NCBI GenBank assembly: GCA_036338595.1 | Contig: JAYZBV010000053.1 | Span: 1-59,965, forward strand | Source of the DNA: Planctomycetota bacterium | GTDB lineage: Bacteria; Planctomycetota; UBA8108; UBA1146 | Direction of reading: 5' to 3' | Length of the DNA stretch: 59,965 bases | In this document: piece by piece, positions 27,493 through 38,528 of the stretch | Layout of the letters: each line of letters opens with the position of its first letter | How positions within the stretch are numbered: the stretch's first letter is position 1 | Notes under the pieces: generated by a model | Told to the model about the DNA's origin: nothing | What the model saw: only the letters and a program-made list of their open reading frames with translations | The model's database searches: none | Position numbers and translations under genes: made by a program

Positions 27493-30400
27493 TCAGGAAC
27501 AGCCTGTAGTGGCTCCGCAACTATCACATCGCTGACAGGTGCCGCTTCGAAGCATCGCCAGTGCCCCACACTCTTCGCAGGGATCCCCGGTGTAGCCCTT
27601 CGCGCGAGATTGCTCTCGCTGTGAAATGGTCACAGTGGGTGATTGAGCTTCCTCGGCTCTCGTGAACTGTCTTGGCGGTGGGGCCGCAGCATTTCCGACA
27701 TGGAACGAGCCAGAGTCATCCTTTGAAAGCTCAACTTCTTCCTCATCGGTGAACTCTGGTGTAGTCGAGGAACCGATGGCGCTGAACCGGAGATCGTCCT
27801 CCGAGACTTGCGCCAGGTCGTTGCGTCCAAGGTAGTTGATGGCCAGATCCCGGAAGATGTAATCGAGCACGCTCGTCGACATCTTGATCTTGCCATTGCC
27901 ACCGACAACGCCATTGGGTTCGAAGCGGGTGAAGGTGAATGCCTCGACAAACTCCTCGAGCGGGACTCCATGCTGGAGACCCAGTGAGATGCAGATGGCA
28001 AAATTATTCATCAGGCTGCGGAACGCAGCCCCTTCCTTGTGCATGTCGAGGAAGATCTCACCGAGGGACCCATCATCATAATCTCCTGTGCGGAGATAGA
28101 CCTTGTGACCACCAACGATCGCCTTCTGGGTATAGCCGCTACGACGATCCGGAAGTCTCCTTCTTCGAGCCAGGTATCGGTAGACAACTTTTTCGACATT
28201 CGCAGGCATCGAGTTCGGAACATCGGGCAGTTCTTCCTCGTCCAGTTCCTCGCCCCAGGAGGAGAGCGGTTGCGACAGTTTGCTGCCGTCTCTGTACAAT
28301 GCGACGGCCTTCAACATCGATTTCCAGCCAAGCTTGTAGGCATCCGTGACTTCCTTGATGGTTGCTTCCATCGGCATGTTGATCGTCTTGGAGATGGCCC
28401 CCGAGATGAATGGCTGGGCCGTGGCCATCATCAATATGTGTGCATCGGAGCGGATAAACCGCTTCCCAAGGCGACCGCAGCGGTTTGCACAATCGAAGAT
28501 GGCGAGGTGCTCCTGGTCCAGATGTGGAGCACCCTCGATGGTCATCGTCCCGCACACGTATTCATTGGCCTTGCTGATCTGTTCCGGGGTGAAACCCAAC
28601 GCTTGAAGCGGATGGGATGCCCAGAGCTTCAAGCGGTCTTCGCTCAGCCCGAGGGTTTTCTCGGCATACCCCTCGCCGAGCAGGTAGTCATTGAATGCGT
28701 ACTGAAGGTCGAATGCGCTCTCGAGGGAAGTCTCTACCTTGGCGATCGAAGCCTCGTCGAAGCCGACCGACCTCAACGCTTCATGATCGATTGCAGGAGC
28801 TCCTCTAAGAGTGCCGTGACCCACTGCGAAGTGTGCGATGTCCTCGATCTGTTGCTCGGTATATCCCAGCATCTTGAGAGCGGGGGGGAGGCTCTGGTTG
28901 ATGATCTTGAAATAACCACCACCGGCCAGTTTCTTGAACTTCACCAGGGCGAAGTCCGGCTCGATTCCGGTCGTATCACAATCCATCACCAGACCGATGG
29001 TGCCCGTAGGTGCGATCACCGTTGCCTGGGCGTTCCGGAACCCGTGCTTCTCTCCCGCTTCGAGTGCGCGCGTCCAGCACTGTTGTGCTGCATCTGTGAG
29101 GTTGCTCGGGCACAACTTGGGATCGAGTCCTACAGGAAATACCGACAGGCCTTCGTAGCGTTCGATGGGAGCATTGAATGCGGCGCACTTGTGATTTCGG
29201 ATGACTCGTAGCATCCCATCGCGATTTCGCTCATATGCGGGGAAAGTTCCCAGTTCTTTGGCCATCTCGGCGCTGGTGGTATAGGACTCTCCCGTCAAGA
29301 TTGCAGTGATGGCGCCACAGATACTGCGTCCCTTCTCACTGTCGTACGGGATGCCCATTCGCATCAGAACCGTGCCCAGGTTGGCGTAACCAAGCCCCAG
29401 GGTCCGGTACTCGTAGGATCGGCGTGCGATCTCCTCGCTGGGGAACGACGCCATGAGGACGCTGATTTCGAGCACCACGGTCCAGATCCTGGTGGCGTGG
29501 CGGAAGGACTCGATGTCAAAATTTCCTTCAGCATCGAGGAACTTCACCAGGTTGAAAGATGCAAGGTTGCAGGCGGTGTCATCGAGGAACATGTATTCGG
29601 AGCAAGGATTCGAGGCATTGATGCGTCCGTCCTGGGGACACGTGTGCCATTCGTTGATGGTCGTGTCGTACTGGACCCCCGGGTCTGCGCATGACCAGGC
29701 AGATTGCGAGATGCTATCCCAGAGTTGCTTGGCCGGGACTCGCTTGTGCACCTCGCCGTCGGTCCGTCTGATCAGTTCCCAGTCCTCGTCGTTATCCAGA
29801 GCTTCGAAGAAGGAGTTCGGCACGCGAACACTGTTGTTTGCATTCTGGCCGCTGACAGTCTGATAGGCCTTGCTCTCCCAGCCGGTATCGAACTGCTCGA
29901 ACTCGACGGCGGTGACACCCTGACTGGCGAGCTGGAGAATCCTTTGTATCGAAGGCTCAGGCACGGCGTACGCACGTGCCATCGAGATGGCAGAGGACAG
30001 TTGCGAGTTGGTGGACGGGTTCACGTCCGTGGTTCGGGTCGATCCAGTTCCGAGGTGGCAGCTACCGAGTACCTTCTGGAGATGCTTGGCGCAGATCCTT
30101 GACCCGGCGACCAGCGCCGCGACCTTTTGCTCCTCGCGCATCTTCCAGGTGACGAACTCCTCGATGTCCGGATGATCCAGATCGAGGCAAACCATCTTGG
30201 CTGCCCGACGAGTAGTCCCCCCGGACTTGATCGCTCCGGCGGCGGCGTCTCCGATCTTGAGGAAGGACATCAATCCCGAGGATTTTCCTCCTCCAGAGAG
30301 CGATTCGCCCTCTCCGCGCAGTGCGGAGAAGTTGGATCCGGTACCGGATCCATACTTGAAGAGTCGTGCTTCTCGTGTCCAGAGATCCATGATCCCACCC

Positions 30401-30984
30401 TCGCCGACCAGATCGTCCTTGATGCTCTGGATGAAACAGGCGTGTGGCTGAGGGCGCTGATAGGCGCTGTTGGCACTGGTGACCTCGCCGGTGCCAGGGT
30501 CGACGAACTGGTGTCCCTGCGGAGGCCCATCGATACCGTAGGCCCAGTGCAAGCCGGTGTTGAACCATTGCGGTGAGTTGGGGGCGCACATCTGTGCGGC
30601 AAGCATGTAGCAGATCTCATCGTGGAACCCGCGAGCATCTTCGGATGAATCGAAGTAACCGTTTTCGTATCCCCAGTGAGTCCAGCATCCGGCCAGCCTA
30701 CCGAAGATCTGTCGGCAATCGTTTTCACCGCCGAGTACCGGGTTGCCCTCTTCGTCGAGCAGTGGCTCACCCTTCTCGTCGAGCTGCGGCACTCCCGCCT
30801 TTCGGAAGTACTTCTGCGCCAGGACATCCGATGCCACCTGGGACCAGTTTTCGGGAACAGAGATGTCATCCTGATGAAAGACCACCGTACCGTCAGGATT
30901 TCGGATCTCTGATTCCCTACGGGACATCTGAAAACTGGCGTATGGGCTTTCATCTTTGGTCGTGTAACGGCGGTCAATCTTCAA
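27493..30984 (-). CDS. nrdJ: Class II (B12-dependent) ribonucleotide reductase
   Basis: [59 protein letters not shown]-like region and C-terminal Zn ribbon. TTG start at 30984 (MKIDRRYT) follows GAGG. Confidence 0.95.
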   Translation of the reverse strand: MKIDRRYTTKDESPYASFQMSRRESEIRNPDGTVVFHQDDISVPENWSQVASDVLAQKYFRKAGVPQLDEKGEPLLDEEGNPVLGGENDCRQIFGRLAGCWTHWGYENGYFDSSEDARGFHDEICYMLAAQMCAPNSPQWFNTGLHWAYGIDGPPQGHQFVDPGTGEVTSANSAYQRPQPHACFIQSIKDDLVGEGGIMDLWTREARLFKYGSGTGSNFSALRGEGESLSGGGKSSGLMSFLKIGDAAAGAIKSGGTTRRAAKMVCLDLDHPDIEEFVTWKMREEQKVAALVAGSRICAKHLQKVLGSCHLGTGSTRTTDVNPSTNSQLSSAISMARAYAVPEPSIQRILQLASQGVTAVEFEQFDTGWESKAYQTVSGQNANNSVRVPNSFFEALDNDEDWELIRRTDGEVHKRVPAKQLWDSISQSAWSCADPGVQYDTTINEWHTCPQDGRINASNPCSEYMFLDDTACNLASFNLVKFLDAEGNFDIESFRHATRIWTVVLEISVLMASFPSEEIARRSYEYRTLGLGYANLGTVLMRMGIPYDSEKGRSICGAITAILTGESYTTSAEMAKELGTFPAYERNRDGMLRVIRNHKCAAFNAPIERYEGLSVFPVGLDPKLCPSNLTDAAQQCWTRALEAGEKHGFRNAQATVIAPTGTIGLVMDCDTTGIEPDFALVKFKKLAGGGYFKIINQSLPPALKMLGYTEQQIEDIAHFAVGHGTLRGAPAIDHEALRSVGFDEASIAKVETSLESAFDLQYAFNDYLLGEGYAEKTLGLSEDRLKLWASHPLQALGFTPEQISKANEYVCGTMTIEGAPHLDQEHLAIFDCANRCGRLGKRFIRSDAHILMMATAQPFISGAISKTINMPMEATIKEVTDAYKLGWKSMLKAVALYRDGSKLSQPLSSWGEELDEEELPDVPNSMPANVEKVVYRYLARRRRLPDRRSGYTQKAIVGGHKVYLRTGDYDDGSLGEIFLDMHKEGAAFRSLMNNFAICISLGLQHGVPLEEFVEAFTFTRFEPNGVVGGNGKIKMSTSVLDYIFRDLAINYLGRNDLAQVSEDDLRFSAIGSSTTPEFTDEEEVELSKDDSGSFHVGNAAAPPPRQFTRAEEAQSPTVTISQREQSRAKGYTGDPCEECGALAMLRSGTCQRCDSCGATTGCS

Positions 30985-31393
30985 CGGTAATCCTCTTTCC
31001 CCATGCAACGGTGCTGACAACCAGTCGGTCTCATCTGGCGCTTTCGCGACAGCAGTGAACTGCTGGTTTCTACCCCTTGTCTGTTTCTCAGTCTTCGTGT
31101 CACTGCGTCAAGTGTTCATCGTCTGGATTTCATCCTGACGAGCAGACTCTTCACGGCGACACTTCCGCAAAAACTCACGGCGGGCCACCGGCCGCGTCGT
31201 GATCCTGACCATTGCATCGACATCACAAGAGACATCGAAAACAGAGCAGAGATTCGAGGTGGATTTCATCTTCCGATGAAAGGAGCGATGTCCTGACCCC
31301 CCTTGCTTGACTTTCTGTGACCCACGAGGGACCAGAAGTGAGGCAAGGAGTGCCCGAAACCATGACTCCAGAACCAGGAACTGTCCGACTGTT

Positions 31394-31867
31394 GATTCCA
31401 CCGACCGAGCGGTAAAAAAAACCATCGCGGTCCTGACCGATCTGGTGTGGGGACCGCCATCTCGATGGCAGGAACTCACTGGTCGGTCGGACCTCATTCT
31501 CCGAGGTTCAAAGGTGACAGCTTTCAACTGGCACCTAGAAGATCAAATCCGTTCTCGTCGACCCCGGTCGTTCATGGGAGTGTTGTTCTCCCGCAGACGA
31601 TCGAAGTCTCCATTCGAATCACTGCCTGTCGATTCTATCTCTGACGAAGCGCTGTCTGAACCATCACTCTCTGAACTGATCCTGTCTCGACAGATACTGA
31701 GTTCACGATGACTGCCCGGGAGCTCCTCGCCTGATGACGATCTGCCAAGCGTCCTGCGTGCCAGTAGCACGCCCCTCTCTCGACCACTTCCCCTTCAACA
31801 CGATCAGTGAAGTGGAGTCAAATCCCCTGGTCCTCAATCTGCATCGCCGTTCGATTCCACCGACCGA
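31394..31867. repeat. 15-nt direct repeat in the nrdJ upstream region
   Basis: GATTCCACCGACCGA at 31394-31408 and 31853-31867. Confidence 0.8.
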
Positions 31868-32137
31868 CGATTCTGTTGAGGATCCCCTTCTTGTCCATCA
31901 CCCATCATCGGTGATGGTGCGTTCCGATGAAACCGAATCCAGAGACGGGAGCTGGTCCAGGTCACAGCGGTGCCGGGTGAGCCCATTTCTGCTCGCGATT
32001 CCCGACCAGATGGCGTTCAGTTTGCCGTAGCGAAACCGTCGATCCACCTGCTCAACCCTGGATTGCCCTCTCTCTCAAGCCCTCGTCCGGAGCACCCTGT
32101 CCCCGGCGAGGGGAAGGATTTGTTCCGCACGTGGGCC

Positions 32138-32184
32138 GCACCATATCTAGGGGTGCGGCGTCCATCAACACCCAACTTGTGGTC
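32138..32184. promoter_or_regulatory. Putative NrdR box(es)
   Basis: GCACCATATCTAGGGG (32138-32153) fits the NrdR consensus acaCwAtATaTwGtg. A weaker second box (ACACCCAACTTGTGGT) lies ~30 nt away, upstream of nrdJ. Confidence 0.6.
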
Positions 32185-32268
32185 ATCTTGAGGATGGCAC
32201 CCAGACCGCAGCCAACGCCGATTTATCGCCCCGATGTGAAAAAAATGGGGACAACCGATGGGCTGTTT

Positions 32269-32390
32269 CTGGGAGTCGGAAGGTGCCAGGAAGAAGCGGA
32301 CCCGACCAGGATCCGGAGGGACTCAAGAAGTTGCCTCGTTGCGGGGGAGGTCTGGGTCCTGGTCGGGTTATTGGGGGTGCTTGCTCCCGG
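32269..32390 (+). other. Long rod-like hairpin (candidate sRNA or terminator structure)
   Basis: 19-bp stem 32299-32317/32351-32369 plus outer stem 32269-32275/32384-32390. Confidence 0.45.
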
Positions 32391-32394
32391 CGGA

Positions 32395-34938
32395 CTACTG
32401 GTTGCAGTCCAGTCCATCTGCGGTCGGATCAGGACCGGCAGCTGGATAGGGAGCAGGCGGGGGATTGGAGCCTTGGTAGAGAAAGTCAAACAACTCGATC
32501 GGATCGGAAAGGTTCACGATTCCATCGTCATTTACATCGGCTGCGTCAAGACACGATGGCATGACACCAGCGCCGGTCACCCAGAGTTGTAGCTGGCTGC
32601 CGTCGGTCAGGTCGATGCTGCCATCACCGTTCACGTCACCGCGGATGAATACGGGGCCCTCGGCGGGCGGAGGGTCTTCGGTGGGCGGGGGATCCTCTGT
32701 AGCCGGAGCTGCGTCGACGGTGATGATACCGGTGACCAGTTCGGTACTGATGGATTGCCCTGCCGAGACGAATGAGTTGTCGGTGACGGGAAGTGCGTTG
32801 GCGCTATATCCATCTGCAGGTCCGTAGACGTGAGCGCCTTCTGTTGCTGTGTTCTGGATGTTGCATGTGGCGAATCCGAGTTCGTGGCCAGTGCCCGAGA
32901 CGAGAACCTCTCCGTCGAAGGGTGGCATCATGTCGATGATCACGGCGTAGATCACAACTCCATCGTCGTCGTCGATACTGGCCACCTGGAAATCGATCAC
33001 TCCCTCGAGTGCGGTTCCAGTTGCGCTCAGCGAAGTCATCGTCATCAGGGACGGCTCCCATATGACCACTGCGGTCCAGGCCTCTATATCGGTTTCACAG
33101 TCCGCGAGGATGGGAATCGAGACGCCAGTATCGCCCGGAGAGACGGTCAGATCTGGCACCCGGATCCGATTGGCGGGGGGCAGATGAATCGGTTCAGCGC
33201 GTGTGATCTCCCAGGCTCCTGTGGCGGATTCGAGCCCGATGTCGAGCGCTCCGTCTCCGTCAGCATCGCCCAGGCTCAGCGAGCGAATCGCAACCGTGTG
33301 ACTCAGTGCGATCGGCTGTGAGAAGTTACCATCGCCGATGCCAGCTGAGAAGTTGAGAGTGGGACTACCCGGGACCGGGGCGAGACAGTCGAGCATTCCA
33401 TCGCCGTCCCAGTCGACAAGTTGCGCACCGGGGTAAGCCACTCCGTTGAAAAGCACGCGAAGAGAAAAATTCATATCGCCGTCGGAGAGCAGAGTCGATG
33501 GCGTATCGAAGCCTCCAGGGATCACGAGTAGATCTCGCAATCCATCTCCATCGAGGTTGCCGGCGATAACACTGACCGCCGCAGAGTAACCACTGATGGT
33601 CCCTGCGGACGTGAAGTTGCCATCTCCGCTACCGGCGAGAATCAAGATGGTCCCGTCCGTCTGAACTGCAGCAAGGTCGATGACATCGTCACCATCGAGA
33701 TCTGCGGCAGCAGGTGTGCCGACAACTTCTGCAGTGTCGAGTTGAACTTGCTGTGACAAGGGAGAACTTGAGGAGCCCCATGCCACGAAGAGGCCAAGCG
33801 GACCCGTGGCGATCAGGTCGATGACGCCATCGACATCCGCATGAGCAGCGGTGAGACGAGTGGCGGCAGAAGCGAGCGTGATCTCGACAGGATCTTCCAG
33901 TGGTATGGCGATGCTGTAGGACCCTCTGAGAAGATGGATTCGTTCTCCGGAGGCCCCGAGGCAGGCCAGATCTACCCTGCCATCGCCGTCAAAGTCACCG
34001 ATGGCAGCATCGATCAGGCCCTCCGTCAGGGTCCAGCTGTTGCTAGTGCCCAGTCCCAGGGGGGTTGCATCTTGAAGCACCACGGTGCCATCGCCTGAAA
34101 CACTGGCCCATTCGTCGATGCCATCGGCATCGTTATCGAGGAACACGACGGTTCCTGCGCCGAGACCAGCTCCTGAATCGAGCACGACACCAGGCCATTG
34201 AGACCCGAGGTTTCGGATCGTCACTCCCAGAATCGTCGGGTCCAATTGTGTAGCGTCGAGGGCAAACAGACCATCGAGGAGAGAGACGGTGACACGCTCA
34301 CCGGCAAGGAAGTTTCTATCCGTGGCGATGCTCAGGGTGTCGACGCCGGTCAATACATTTTGCAGGTTGACCTGGTGGGCTCCCGAGCGAGAACCATCGA
34401 CGATCACGGTGGCTCCAGTTGCCTGGAACGGGTTGTATGGACTGGAGAATTTTGGCTGCAGCAAGGTGCCAGGAGCTGCGGTGACACTCTCGATGGAGGG
34501 AGTCATCGATTGCAAGACGAAATCAGTTTCCGGAGCAATGATGCCGCCCTCGATGGTGAAGGACCAGGAGTATGGCTCGAGTGACTTACCGGACTGGGAG
34601 CGGATCGAACTCAACAATTGAACTTGAATCGACTCGTCAACAAGCAGTGGCAGCAGAGGAGTGAAGGTGACCGTGCGATTTTCTCCGACGCCCGTGAAGG
34701 CACCGAAAATCACTCCGCTCACGCTTCCTGTGACGATGAAACTGTCCGCAGTGATCGATGTCAGATCCATGCGGTGATCGAAAACCACTTCGATGGTGGT
34801 GACAGTGGAGAGTCCCTCCAGGGTCACGACGGAGTTTGCTGCTGGGCTGACCGATTCCACCTGGGTGCGTATGGGGGCGCATCCGGCGAGGCCGACGACG
34901 ATCAGTGTCAGCAGGAGGGTAAGGTGAGGGTTACGCAT
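32395..34938 (-). CDS. Surface lipoprotein: Ig-like domains, FG-GAP repeats, cohesin-like domain, C-terminal dockerin-like domain
   Basis: Lipobox LAGC; multiple DxDGDGxxD repeats; FIRGDVNGDGSIDLTD...CLDAADVNDDGIVNLSD. Confidence 0.85.
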   Translation of the reverse strand: MRNPHLTLLLTLIVVGLAGCAPIRTQVESVSPAANSVVTLEGLSTVTTIEVVFDHRMDLTSITADSFIVTGSVSGVIFGAFTGVGENRTVTFTPLLPLLVDESIQVQLLSSIRSQSGKSLEPYSWSFTIEGGIIAPETDFVLQSMTPSIESVTAAPGTLLQPKFSSPYNPFQATGATVIVDGSRSGAHQVNLQNVLTGVDTLSIATDRNFLAGERVTVSLLDGLFALDATQLDPTILGVTIRNLGSQWPGVVLDSGAGLGAGTVVFLDNDADGIDEWASVSGDGTVVLQDATPLGLGTSNSWTLTEGLIDAAIGDFDGDGRVDLACLGASGERIHLLRGSYSIAIPLEDPVEITLASAATRLTAAHADVDGVIDLIATGPLGLFVAWGSSSSPLSQQVQLDTAEVVGTPAAADLDGDDVIDLAAVQTDGTILILAGSGDGNFTSAGTISGYSAAVSVIAGNLDGDGLRDLLVIPGGFDTPSTLLSDGDMNFSLRVLFNGVAYPGAQLVDWDGDGMLDCLAPVPGSPTLNFSAGIGDGNFSQPIALSHTVAIRSLSLGDADGDGALDIGLESATGAWEITRAEPIHLPPANRIRVPDLTVSPGDTGVSIPILADCETDIEAWTAVVIWEPSLMTMTSLSATGTALEGVIDFQVASIDDDDGVVIYAVIIDMMPPFDGEVLVSGTGHELGFATCNIQNTATEGAHVYGPADGYSANALPVTDNSFVSAGQSISTELVTGIITVDAAPATEDPPPTEDPPPAEGPVFIRGDVNGDGSIDLTDGSQLQLWVTGAGVMPSCLDAADVNDDGIVNLSDPIELFDFLYQGSNPPPAPYPAAGPDPTADGLDCNQ

Positions 34939-35131
34939 CTGTATTGGGCTCCAATCCAAATCCAGCAGAACAGTAGCAAGGATCGGACCCGATTCGTGAC
35001 GGAATCGGTGACCAATATGTAACTATCGCCAGAATAATGGCTTATGATTATGGCCGATGGAATGGTGGCGAACTTCCGGTGCCCTTACCATCGTCCAAAC
35101 AGGTCCGAGAAAGGGAGGGGTTGTCATCGGA

Positions 35132-35830
35132 GTGGACAATCGATTCACGAATGCCAGTGAAGATCTTCCCGGGGAATGGAGTGTCCGCGGCGAGGGCAGC
35201 CATGTCGTGGTGATCGATCATCACGATTCCTTCACCTACAACCTGGTCCAGGCGCTGGCCAGACCGGGCGTACAGATCTCCGTCAGGCTGTCCGATCAAC
35301 TCTCCCTGGAGCAACTCCAGGATCTCCAACCGGACCGCCTGTTGCTGTCTCCAGGGCCCGGTGCACCGGCGGATGCGACCCTGGCTCGCCAGGCGCTCGA
35401 GTACTTCCATCGCCGAATTCCGGTACTGGGTGTCTGTCTCGGTCACCAGGTGATCGCCGAACACTTCGGGGCCCGTGTCGAGCAGACCGGTGTTCCTGCG
35501 CACGGCAAGCCCGAGCCGGTCTATCACGACGGCTGCGGCATCTTCTCGGCACTTCCGATGCCTTTCTCGGCTGCCCGCTATCACTCGTTGGCGGTGGTCA
35601 GGGACAGCCTGCCGGACGATTTGCGTGTGACTGCCTGGAGTGGCAGCGACATGGTGATGGGGTTGGGTGTGCCGGGAGAGGCGACCTGGGGAGTCCAATT
35701 CCATCCGGAGTCCTTTCTCACGGAGCATGGGGACCTCATCCTGGAAGCCTTCATCTCGGGGGTCCGTTGTCGAGAGATGGCTGAGAAGTCGGTCCCCGGT
35801 CAGGAAAGGACACAAAGCGGTGCTCGCTGA
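35132..35830 (+). CDS. Anthranilate/aminodeoxychorismate synthase component II (TrpG/PabA)
   Basis: IDHHDSFTYNLVQ, SPGPG, GVCLGHQ, RYHSL, GVQFHPES; start uncertain. Confidence 0.9.
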   Translation: MDNRFTNASEDLPGEWSVRGEGSHVVVIDHHDSFTYNLVQALARPGVQISVRLSDQLSLEQLQDLQPDRLLLSPGPGAPADATLARQALEYFHRRIPVLGVCLGHQVIAEHFGARVEQTGVPAHGKPEPVYHDGCGIFSALPMPFSAARYHSLAVVRDSLPDDLRVTAWSGSDMVMGLGVPGEATWGVQFHPESFLTEHGDLILEAFISGVRCREMAEKSVPGQERTQSGAR

Positions 35831-36677
35831 TACACAAGGATCTCTGGTGTGGAGGGTCATCGAGCGATTTTATCGCTCGCGAAGAGCCTTCTTTTCCCTC
35901 CATGATCGCTATGAGGAAGTGGTCCAGGGTTATGTCGAAAAACTGGATCAACCTCGTGAAGAGATCCGCCTGTCTCCGCGTGAACTGGTCGAACTCCTTT
36001 CGAATCAGGATCTCGAGGTGTTGCGCGATGAATATCTCGTGCCGCTCAAGGAAGTTTGCCATCGACTGTTTCGCACCGAAGACAGCACCGATTTCATCGA
36101 TCGCCTCGTCAATGACATCTATCACGAGCTGAGCATCCTCAAGGAAGAGCACTACAATGTCCTGACCTACGGTACCGATTCGATAAGGGGTACCGTTCCT
36201 GGCCGTGACTTGTTGCTGGAACAGAAGGCAGTGCTCGACGAGGTGCACAATATGTTTCCGCAAAAAGTACACCGCATCGCACACCTCTACGATGTTGCGA
36301 CCACGGCACTGGAAGCATTGCTACATCGCTGGAAGGCAGATCCGGTGTTGATCCGTTCGCTGTACCTTCATCGGGACAGATTTGTTGCGCAGGCGAATGA
36401 AGATGGGCTCGATCATTTCTACCGCTTGATGTACGGACCAGAGAATCTGTGGGAGGGTTACCTGGTGGTCGGAGATTCGTTCCTCGCTTCTGGCTTCGCA
36501 TCCCAGGCGATCGGTGCCTACAACGATGGTGAAGGTAGCCTCGGGGATTCGGGGTTGGACTCGTCGCTTCGGGAAGAGATTGCTGTTCGATTCCAATCGA
36601 GCCGGTCCAGGGCCGAGACGGTGCTGGAATCGTCCAGCATCGATGATCAGGGCGATGGAGCGGGGGAGGCAGGATGA
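35820..36677 (+). CDS. Conserved helical hypothetical protein
   Basis: AGGA before GTG 35820; LKEVCHRLFR, IYHELSILKEEHY; overlaps both neighbours as an operon member. Confidence 0.7.
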   Translation: MLADTQGSLVWRVIERFYRSRRAFFSLHDRYEEVVQGYVEKLDQPREEIRLSPRELVELLSNQDLEVLRDEYLVPLKEVCHRLFRTEDSTDFIDRLVNDIYHELSILKEEHYNVLTYGTDSIRGTVPGRDLLLEQKAVLDEVHNMFPQKVHRIAHLYDVATTALEALLHRWKADPVLIRSLYLHRDRFVAQANEDGLDHFYRLMYGPENLWEGYLVVGDSFLASGFASQAIGAYNDGEGSLGDSGLDSSLREEIAVRFQSSRSRAETVLESSSIDDQGDGAGEAG

Positions 36678-37561
36678 GCAAGGAAGGCCGCTTTTCAGAC
36701 CGCATGACGGCGCGCATCCAGAGCATCGAGAGTCGGTTGGTCGTCGGGATCGATCCCCGGCTCGATCGCTTGCCCGATGGGATCGAGGCGGATGACCCCG
36801 AGCAGGCGCTGACGCATCTCGGCGTCGGTGTGATCGAAGCGGTGGCGGGATTGGCTGCTGCAGTCAAGCCTCAGATCGCCTTCTTCGAGCGATGGGGTTG
36901 GCGCGGCTGGAAGGCGCTGGAGAGCGTCTGTCGCAGCGCATCGGAGCATGGAGTTCCGGTCATCCTCGATGCCAAGCGAGGGGATATCGGGTCGACAGCA
37001 GTCGCCTACGCCGAGGCGCTTCTCGGCGATGAACCCGGTACGCCGGGTCCCTTCGTGGATGCCCTGACCGTCAATCCATATCTGGGTTCTGACTCGCTGG
37101 AGCCATTTTTATCCTGCGTTCGCGATGGTGGGCGAGGAGTCTTCGTGCTGGCACGCACATCGAATCCTGGTGGCGGCGAATTTCAAAAACGAGCGGGAGA
37201 TGAGATTCCCATCTTCGAGCAGGTCGCGCGGGCAGCAGATGGTTGGGGCGAAGGGTCACGAGGAGATTGTGGCTATCATGGGGTCGGCCTTGTGGTGGGG
37301 GCGACCTATCCCGAGGAGATCATCCAGGTACGCGAAGCGGCTCCGGGTTCGTTCCTGTTGATCCCTGGAATCGGCGCCCAGGGCGGTAGCATCGATGATC
37401 TCGCCGGAGCGTTTGACGGACAGGGTCTGGGCGCACTCGTCAACTCGAGTCGAGGCATCGTGCAGGCGTTCGAGAAACAGCCGGATCGACCGTGGCAAGA
37501 GGTGGTGCAGGAAGCCGCGAAGGAGTCGCGAGACGCCCTCCAGGGCGTCATCTGGGCCTAG
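36674..37561 (+). CDS. pyrF: Orotidine-5'-phosphate decarboxylase
   Basis: VGIDP, KPQIAFFE, DAKRGDIGST, VNPYLG, VVGAT, PGIGAQGG, NSSRGI. Confidence 0.96.
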   Translation: MSKEGRFSDRMTARIQSIESRLVVGIDPRLDRLPDGIEADDPEQALTHLGVGVIEAVAGLAAAVKPQIAFFERWGWRGWKALESVCRSASEHGVPVILDAKRGDIGSTAVAYAEALLGDEPGTPGPFVDALTVNPYLGSDSLEPFLSCVRDGGRGVFVLARTSNPGGGEFQKRAGDEIPIFEQVARAADGWGEGSRGDCGYHGVGLVVGATYPEEIIQVREAAPGSFLLIPGIGAQGGSIDDLAGAFDGQGLGALVNSSRGIVQAFEKQPDRPWQEVVQEAAKESRDALQGVIWA

Positions 37562-37622
37562 TCTTTCAGACGATGGTATTCTTCTCCGGAAGACCTGATC
37601 ACTTTCCACGACCATTAGCCAT

Positions 37623-38528
37623 GTGAATCTCGGTCGGGTCATCCGCCTGATCCCTGCTGGGGATCCAGGAGGAGGATCTGTGGAGTGCCCGCCGCATCGT
37701 CTCGACATCCATGAAACTCATCGGCATGAAGATCCAGTTTTCGTCGATACTCCCGATCGCATCGTGTCCGCACACGACTTGCAGCCCATCCCGCTGGCAA
37801 CTCTTGCAGCCGGCATCGCGTCACCGATGGCGTTGTACCTTCGTCTCGATTCCGAGTCGGTACTGTGTCGCCGGGCTGGTGAACTGCTCGATCTCGAACT
37901 CTGTCGGCAACTGTTCGAGGCGGGCAGCGATCTGGTCTGGATCCGCCGTGCCGATCGGCGTTGCTATCAGCGCTACATGAGCGATGCAGTGCTGTGTCAC
38001 TGGCAGCATTGCCAGGACAGCGGTGTAGGCATCGAGTCGAGTCAGGATACTGGCGAGGGACTACTTCCGATGCTTCTCGATCGGATGGAATCGATCCGGA
38101 GCGCCGATCCAGACGCCCATGATCGGAACTGGAGAATCGCTCACTACGGGGTTCGGCTCGCGAATGGAATGGGAGTGGCCCAACCTCGATTGCTCCAGGA
38201 TGTGATCAGCGGATTGCTGCTACACGAGGTGTCCAGCGACGATGTAGCCAGCCCGCTCGGCTCCGCCCTCACAGACGGATCCATCGCCATCATCGAGGGG
38301 TGGAAGGAGCGCCTCGATGGGGCAGGCCAGCTCGGCTGGGGACCGGAGCGGATGACGATCGGGGTGCGCATCGCCTGCGTCGCCATCGCCTTCGACCAGA
38401 GAACATCCGGAGATGGGGGCAGGCCGAGACAGCGAGCCTTCGATGTACTGCGAGAGTTCATCATCTCGGAGCATGGGGCGCTCGACCCCACCATCATCGC
38501 TGCCTTCATCCGGATGCTGGATCACTAG
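37623..38528 (+). CDS. Degenerate HD-GYP-like protein
   Basis: GLLLHEV, WKERLDGAGQ, VRIACVAIAFD, GALDP resemble an HD-GYP scaffold without its catalytic residues. Confidence 0.55.
   Translation: MNLGRVIRLIPAGDPGGGSVECPPHRLDIHETHRHEDPVFVDTPDRIVSAHDLQPIPLATLAAGIASPMALYLRLDSESVLCRRAGELLDLELCRQLFEAGSDLVWIRRADRRCYQRYMSDAVLCHWQHCQDSGVGIESSQDTGEGLLPMLLDRMESIRSADPDAHDRNWRIAHYGVRLANGMGVAQPRLLQDVISGLLLHEVSSDDVASPLGSALTDGSIAIIEGWKERLDGAGQLGWGPERMTIGVRIACVAIAFDQRTSGDGGRPRQRAFDVLREFIISEHGALDPTIIAAFIRMLDH

Noticed and set aside
28039..29211. Long antisense ORFs (this one, 52156..53292, 13198..14085, 40937..41782 and others)
   Set aside because: They lie opposite well-conserved genes, which is typical of high-GC codon bias, and show no recognisable motifs.
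27493..30984. Intein in NrdJ
   Set aside because: The length and contiguous motifs fit an uninterrupted class II RNR; no intein splice motifs were seen.
31840..31870. GTTCGATTCC tRNA T-loop-like motif (possible tRNA-Sec)
   Set aside because: The flanks do not form a T-stem or cloverleaf.
31021..32130. Cobalamin riboswitch or group I/II intron upstream of nrdJ
   Set aside because: No B12 box or intron domain V/core motifs were recognised.
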